Part shown: positions 58,486-64,000 of the stretch, piece by piece
Position numbering within the stretch: position 1 is the stretch's first letter
How the letters are laid out: each line of letters starts with the position of its first letter
NCBI GenBank assembly: GCA_004431415.1
Contig: QPMI01000239.1
Coordinates: 48,764-112,763, forward strand
Direction of reading: 5' to 3'
DNA: 64,000 bases
Origin: Cyanophora paradoxa CCMP329
Taxonomy: Eukaryota; Plantae; Glaucophyta
The notes under the pieces: generated by a model
The model's database searches: none
What the model saw: the letters and a program-made list of their open reading frames with translations, nothing else
Told to the model about the DNA's origin: nothing
Made by a program: the position numbers and the translations under genes

Positions 58486-61400
58486 ATGTCAGACAGCGGG
58501 AGCGACGTGGAGGAGCGGCGGGAGGACGGTCCCGCCGCTCAGGAGGTGGTGGAGAGGGAGGAAGATGAGTCGCCCGCGTTCTTCGACCCGACGTCATGCT
58601 CTATTGAGGAGGCGTTGGATCACGCCGAAGCACACGTTTCGGCTTCGTCTCTGAAGCGTCGGCTGTCCGTCTTCCGCCAGGTGCTGCCCGCGATCCCGCC
58701 GAAGGAAGGTGCGAGCCATGCAGCCTTCGCGCACGTCGCGGGCGCGGGATCGCGTGAGCGCTCGAAGCTGTACGACTGACGTATGACCGCGCAGGGTTCG
58801 CTCCTCCGGCCATCCTGCGTATGATCGACGTGATCTACGCGACCCTGCACTCGTACCGCCGGCGGGAGGAAGAGATTGCGGTGGAATCGTGCATTCGCGC
58901 GCTCGCGACAGCCAGCAAGGAGTTCACGGGCGGCTTCCTCAAGCGCCTCAGCACTGTCGCCGTGCCCTTCGTCGCGGCCCCTGCAATCAACCAGCACGAG
59001 CACGTTAGGCTCGCGTTGCTCCGCTGGTCGGTGGCGGCCTCGGAGCCGCGCTTCGCGGAGGTCTCGGGGGCGGCGGCGCTCTTCTCGGGCCTCGCCGCGA
59101 CGCAGTGCGCCCTCGTCGCGGGGCTCGCCCTCTCCTCGCGGCACCGCCGCACCGCCACCACGCTCACAATGACCCGCTTCTTCACGCGGGTGCGCCCCGC
59201 CCCGCCCCCGCCCCGCCGTCCCCGACCGGGGCGTGCGGGGCAGGTGCCGGAGGCGGTGGAGGCGTACGCGAAGCGGGTGACGGCGGGAGACCTGGCGGCC
59301 GGCTCCAGCGCGATGGCGGGCGTGCTCCTGCAGCACCTCACCCACGCTGGCGGCGCCGAGCTCTTCGCGAAGCACAAGGCCCGCCCCGCGCCCCGCGCCC
59401 CGCGCCCCGCCCCGCGGCGTCGCTCACGGCGGCCGCAGAAGGCGCTGCTGGACTACTACGTGGAGAAGGTCGTCTCGGCGACGGGCAAGCTGACGCAGGC
59501 GGAGCGCGGCTCGTGGGGCCCGCTCCTGCGCAGCCTGAGCCCCGGCGAGTTCGCCGAGCTCCTCATGCCGGCCTTCGCGCGCGCCCTCAAGCGCAACCCC
59601 GAGACGTGCGCCCGCCCCGCCGCCCCGCCGCGCCGCGCTCCGGGCGCTCGAATGAGCGGGGGCCGGGGGGCGCAGGGTGCTGGAGACGCTGCTGGCGGCG
59701 GCGCCGCAGCTGAACGTGGACCTCTCGGCGCACTTCCAGAAGGAGTTCCTGGCGCCGGCCATCGGGGCGCTGCGGGCGGCCAAGGCCGCCGACGACCCCT
59801 CGCGGGGGACGACGGCGGCCCTGGTGCGCGCCCTCGCCGCCCAGTCGACGGAGCCGGCGGCGCTCGGCAAGTGCCTCGACGACCTCGTCGCCGCCCTCAA
59901 CGGCGCCGGCGGGGCCCTCCCCTACTGGTACCAGCGCGCCGCCCTCCTCGACGGCGTCCAGGCCCTCGCCGCCTCCCCGCTCGGCAAGGTCCGCCCCGCC
60001 GCCTCCCTGCGCCCCTCTTCCCACCGCCCTCCCGCGCGAGGATGCACGTAAAATTAGCTCTATCCGAACCGCCGCGCCTCGTGCGCGAGCGTTGCGGCCA
60101 CTCTTTACCTGAGCGCCCCGAAGCCCCCGCCCCGCCCCGCCCCGCCACTCCCCGCCCCGCCGCCTCCGACGCCGGCCGCGGGGGCGCAGGCGGCGATGGA
60201 GCCGCTGGCGACGAAGGCGGTGGCGGCGCTCTCGGCCTTCTACGGGAAGGAGGCGCACGAGGAGGCGCGGGCGGCGGCGGTGGCGGCCCTCACCGCCTGG
60301 CTCGCCAAGCTCCGCTCGCTCGGCCCCGACGTCCTCAAGCTCTACCAGGCCGGCATCAAGCCCGACGCCAAGGAGCCCGTCCGCCGGTGCGCCCCGGCCC
60401 CGCCGCGCGCGCCCCGAGGGAGGGGCCGACGCCGCGGCCCCGCCGCAGGGCGTTCCTGGCGTCGCTGCACGCGCTGTGCGCGGCCGGCGAGGAGGCGAAG
60501 GCGCAGACGGCGGCGCTGGCGCCCGAGCTCGCCGCGCTCGTCCAGCTGGGCGCCACGAGGCCGGCCGCCCGCGCCGACGCCCTCTCCGCCGCCCGCGTCC
60601 TCCTCCTCGTCTCCGCGGCCGACCCCAAGGCCGGCGAGAAGCTCAAGCCCGACGCCCTCTTCGCCGCCCTCTTCCCCGCCATGGCCGCCCCCGCACCCGC
60701 CCCCGCAGCCGCAGCCGCAGCCTCCGCCCCCGCCGCTGCCGCCAAGGGCGGCGCCGCCGCCGCCGCCAAGGGCGCCCCCGCCGCCGCCGCCAAGGGTGCT
60801 CCTGCCGCCGCCGCCAAGGGCGGCAAGCCGACCCCGGCCCCCGCGCCGGCCCCCGCCCCGGCCCCCGCCCCGGCGGCTCCGGCGGCGGCGGCGGGTGGGG
60901 AGAAGAAGGAGGAGGAGGGCGAGGAGAAGCGGAAGCAGCGGGAGGACCACGAGCCGAAGGAGATCGCCGTCCTCCAGTGCGAGGTGCCCGGGGCCCTGGA
61001 GGGCGGGCGGGAGCGGCGGGGGCGGGGCGGGGCCTCACGGGCCCCCGGCAGGTGGTGGACCTGCTGCTCCGCCTGCAGCCGGCGACGTACGAGAAGGCCG
61101 ACCCCAGGCTCCTCCAGTCCGCCCCGGCCCCCGCCCCCCTCCTCCCCCCCGCTGAGGCGGCGGGCAGGCAGCTGCACGGCGCGCTGGCGGGGCAGCTGAC
61201 GCACAGCGCGTGGGAGGTCCGCAAGGCCGCCTCGCGCCTCATCGCGGCGCACGAGGCGGCGTACCCCGCCCTCGGCGCCGCCATCGTCTCCTCCCTCCTC
61301 GACGTCATCCGCGCGGTGCGAGCCGCTCTCTCGGGCCCCCGCCGCGCGCGGGGGCCGGGGCCGAGCGGGGCGCAGCAATTCCCGACGGTGACGGCGGCGT

Positions 61401-64000
61401 CGGAGGCGGTGTCGGAGGAGACGCGGCGGGCCTTCTGCACGGCCCTCGTCACCGCCGTCTACGTGGAGCCGACCCCCGAGCTCGTCCCCCTCCTCCTCCT
61501 CGCCTCCCACCACCCCGCCCTCGCCGACGTCCCCCACGGCGCCCGCCCGGGCAAGCCGGCCCCGCTCGTCTGGCGCCGCCTCTGCCGCCGCTACGGGCGC
61601 GCCCTCCTGCTCGGCCTCAAGCACTCGGCGGAGGCGGTGGCGGCGGCGATCTTCGGGCCCCACGGCCTCGCCAGCGAGTTCGAGAGCGAGCGCGCGGGGG
61701 CGCTCGCGGCGCTGCAGACGGCGACGCACGACGAGTACGACGGGACGGCGGCCGCCGTGCTCCCGCGCCTCCTCGCCGGCCTCGACCCCGCCGGCGTCGC
61801 CGCCGTCTCCGAGTACGACCTCGCCGTCTTCCGGACCCCCGAGGGCCAGCTCCTCGAGGACGTCGGCTCCGGCCAGATCGGCATGGTCGTCAAGGACAAG
61901 AACGTCCGGTGCGCCGGACCCGCCGCGCCCCCCCCCCCCCCCCCCCCCCCCCCCCGAGCGCTCTCTGAGGCCGGGCGGGGGCGCAGGCGGTCGCGGGCGG
62001 AGTCGAAGCTCTACTCGGCGGAGGAGGAGAAGTGGGAGGCCGAGATCCGCGCCGAGATCGAGCGCAAGAAGCAGGGCGGCAAGGTCCAGGTGCCCCGCCC
62101 CGCCGCACCCGGCACCGGCGCGACGCCCGGCTCTGCTCACCCGCCGCGGCGGCAGATCAGCCCGCAGGAGGAGGCGCGGCGGATGCAGGCGGCCAAGGAG
62201 GCCTCCATCCGGGCCCGCGTCTCCGCCATGCACCGCAAGGTCGACATCTTCCTCCAGGTGCGCCCCGCCAGCGCGAGGTCACGGGGCCGCGCCTGAGGGC
62301 CGCCAGGCGGTGGAGGCGATGGCGCACGCGAACGCGGACGAGCTGCAGGGGGCGCTGCCGCAGCTGCTGCCGCCGCTGCTCGTCCTGGGCGACAACCCCC
62401 TCTGCGCGCCGCGCGTATGGGAGGTCATGCCCTCCGTCGCCGCCTGCATCTCGCGGCCGCTGCGGCCCCTCGCGCCGCTGCTGGCGCGGGCGCTGCAGGC
62501 CGTCAAGTGCCGCTGCGAGCCCCTCTCTCCCGTCGCCTTCCCCCGCTCCGACGGGATCGCGATGGCGCAGACCCTCCTCAAGCGCGTCGAGGCCGGCCTG
62601 GGCGGCGTGCCCCTCCCGGGCCCCTCCTACTCGCTCCTCTTCCCCGTGCTGGAGGACGCGGTGGCGGGGCGCCCCGCGAGGTACAGCGCGGCGGCGCAGG
62701 AGTCGGCGATGGCGCTGCTGGCGCTCCACGCGGCGCACCCGCACCCCGCGCACCCGCTGCGCGCCGAGGCGGCCGCCCTCCTCGCCCTCCTCGCCTCGCA
62801 CCCGACCAAGGCCGACGCGCGCGCCGCCCGCGCCCTCCGCGACCTCGCCCCGGCGCTGGCCGACGAGGCGGCCTGCGGGGAGCTCCTCGAGGGCCTCCTC
62901 AGCAAGTCGCCCCACGTCCGCACCGCCGCCCTCCGCGCCCTCGAGCGCGCCCCGCACGTCCACGAGAAGCGCGTCGAGCCCGACTCGACGACCTCCGCCC
63001 GCGTGCGCCCCGCGCGCCGCGCGCCGCCCTCGCGGGGCGCGGGTGCGACGGGGGCGGGCGGCAGCTGTGGCTGCTGACGTGCGACGAGGAGCCGGCGCTG
63101 GCGGAGCACGCGGGGAAGCTCTGGGAGAAGCTCGGCAGGCCCCTCGGGCCCAACGTCGGCACGTCCCTCGTCGCCCTCCTCCAGTCCGACGTCGCCGGCG
63201 TCCGCTCCGCCGCCGCGCAGGCCCTCGCCAACTCCGTCAAGGCCCTCCCCGACACCGCCAGCCAGGTCCCCCGCGCCCCCGCCCGCCCCGCGCTTCCGAA
63301 GGGGGAGCCGACCGAGGGGGCGGGGCGGGGCAGGTCTACGCGAAGCTCTTCAAGCTCTACATCGACGCGGAGGCGGCGACCAAGGCGGCGCCGGCGGGCC
63401 CCGAGGCGCCGCCGCCGAAGAGCACGACGGGGACGCGCTCCGGGGTGGCGCTGGCGATCAACGCGTGCGGGGAGACGATGCAGGGGAAGGACCTCCCCGT
63501 CGTCTTCACCTTCCTCATCTCCAAGGCCCTCGCCGACGACTCGGACACCGTCCGCACCCAGATGACCCAGGCCCGCCCCGCCCCGCCCCTGCCCGCCCCG
63601 CCGGCTCCCCTGAGGGGGCGCGCAGGCGGGGGTGGCGCTGATCGAGCGGCTGGGCAAGGCGAACGTGCCGCTGCTGCTGCCGATCTTCGAGTCGCAGCTC
63701 GCGAAGGAGGCCAAGTCGGTGGTGGACGACCGCGTGCGCGAGGGCGTCGTCGTCTTCCTCGGCGGCCTCGCCCGCCACCTCCCCCAGGACTCCCCCAAGG
63801 TGCCCCCCGCCGCCCCCGCCCCGGCCCCCGCCCCGCCCCGGCCGAGCGCGCCCTCGCAGGTGCTCGCGGTGGTGGCGCGGCTGGTGGAGGCGCTGAAGAC
63901 GCCCTCGGAGACCGTCCAGCGCGCCGTCGCCGACTGCCTCGCGCCCCTCGTCAAGGCCCGCCCCCGCCCCCGCCCCCGCCCTCTCGCGCCCGGCCCCCGA
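58486..64000 (+). CDS. GCN1: GCN1/ILITYHIA HEAT-repeat translational activator (5' part, runs off the window)
   Basis: ALKRNPE; LYSAEEEKWEAEIRAEIERKK; KEASIRARV; DRVREGVVVFLGGLARHL; VVARLVEALKTPSETVQRAVADCLAPLV. Confidence 0.92.
60732..60827 (+). repeat. 4 x 24 bp coding repeat AAAAKG(G/A)x inside GCN1
   Basis: AAAAKGGA AAAAKGAP AAAAKGAP AAAAKGGK followed by (PA)n. Confidence 0.85.

Noticed and set aside
1-64000. Hundreds of long Arg/Pro/Gly/Ala-rich ORFs in the track, many overlapping on both strands
   Set aside because: Expected shadow frames in very GC-rich, stop-poor DNA with read-through introns; no motifs.

Overview
Gene-dense, very GC-rich eukaryotic nuclear DNA. It holds about 24 intron-rich genes, so the ORF track is fragmented and mostly shadow frames; I rebuilt genes by splicing by eye and the CDS coordinates are envelopes. 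Several proteins start with a Phe-containing, signal-peptide-free transit-like leader (MNAF, MEAF, MASAF). This points to an alga with a primary plastid, most plausibly a glaucophyte such as Cyanophora (inference). Recognisable products: UHRF1-type SRA-only protein, PB1-like protein, plastid TauE, plastid DUF482/FemAB-like GNAT, a TM-PAS-PAS-adenylate cyclase fused to a degenerate phosphodiesterase domain, SPT2, SnoaL-like protein, LIN52-like, YIPF6, a divergent adenylate kinase, DUF1350, an FAD oxidoreductase, a TKL kinase with a duplicated unknown C-terminal domain, a RING-Bbox-Bbox-CC-MATH protein in a lower-GC island, an IQ-rich protein, an ARM protein, an F-box protein, SPRING1/C12orf49 and the 5' part of GCN1. 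Window-wide patterns: short introns with many GC donors and self-complementary ends, very tight head-to-head gene pairs whose spacers carry a GGGTAC motif, and intergenic DNA built from chained short palindromes.
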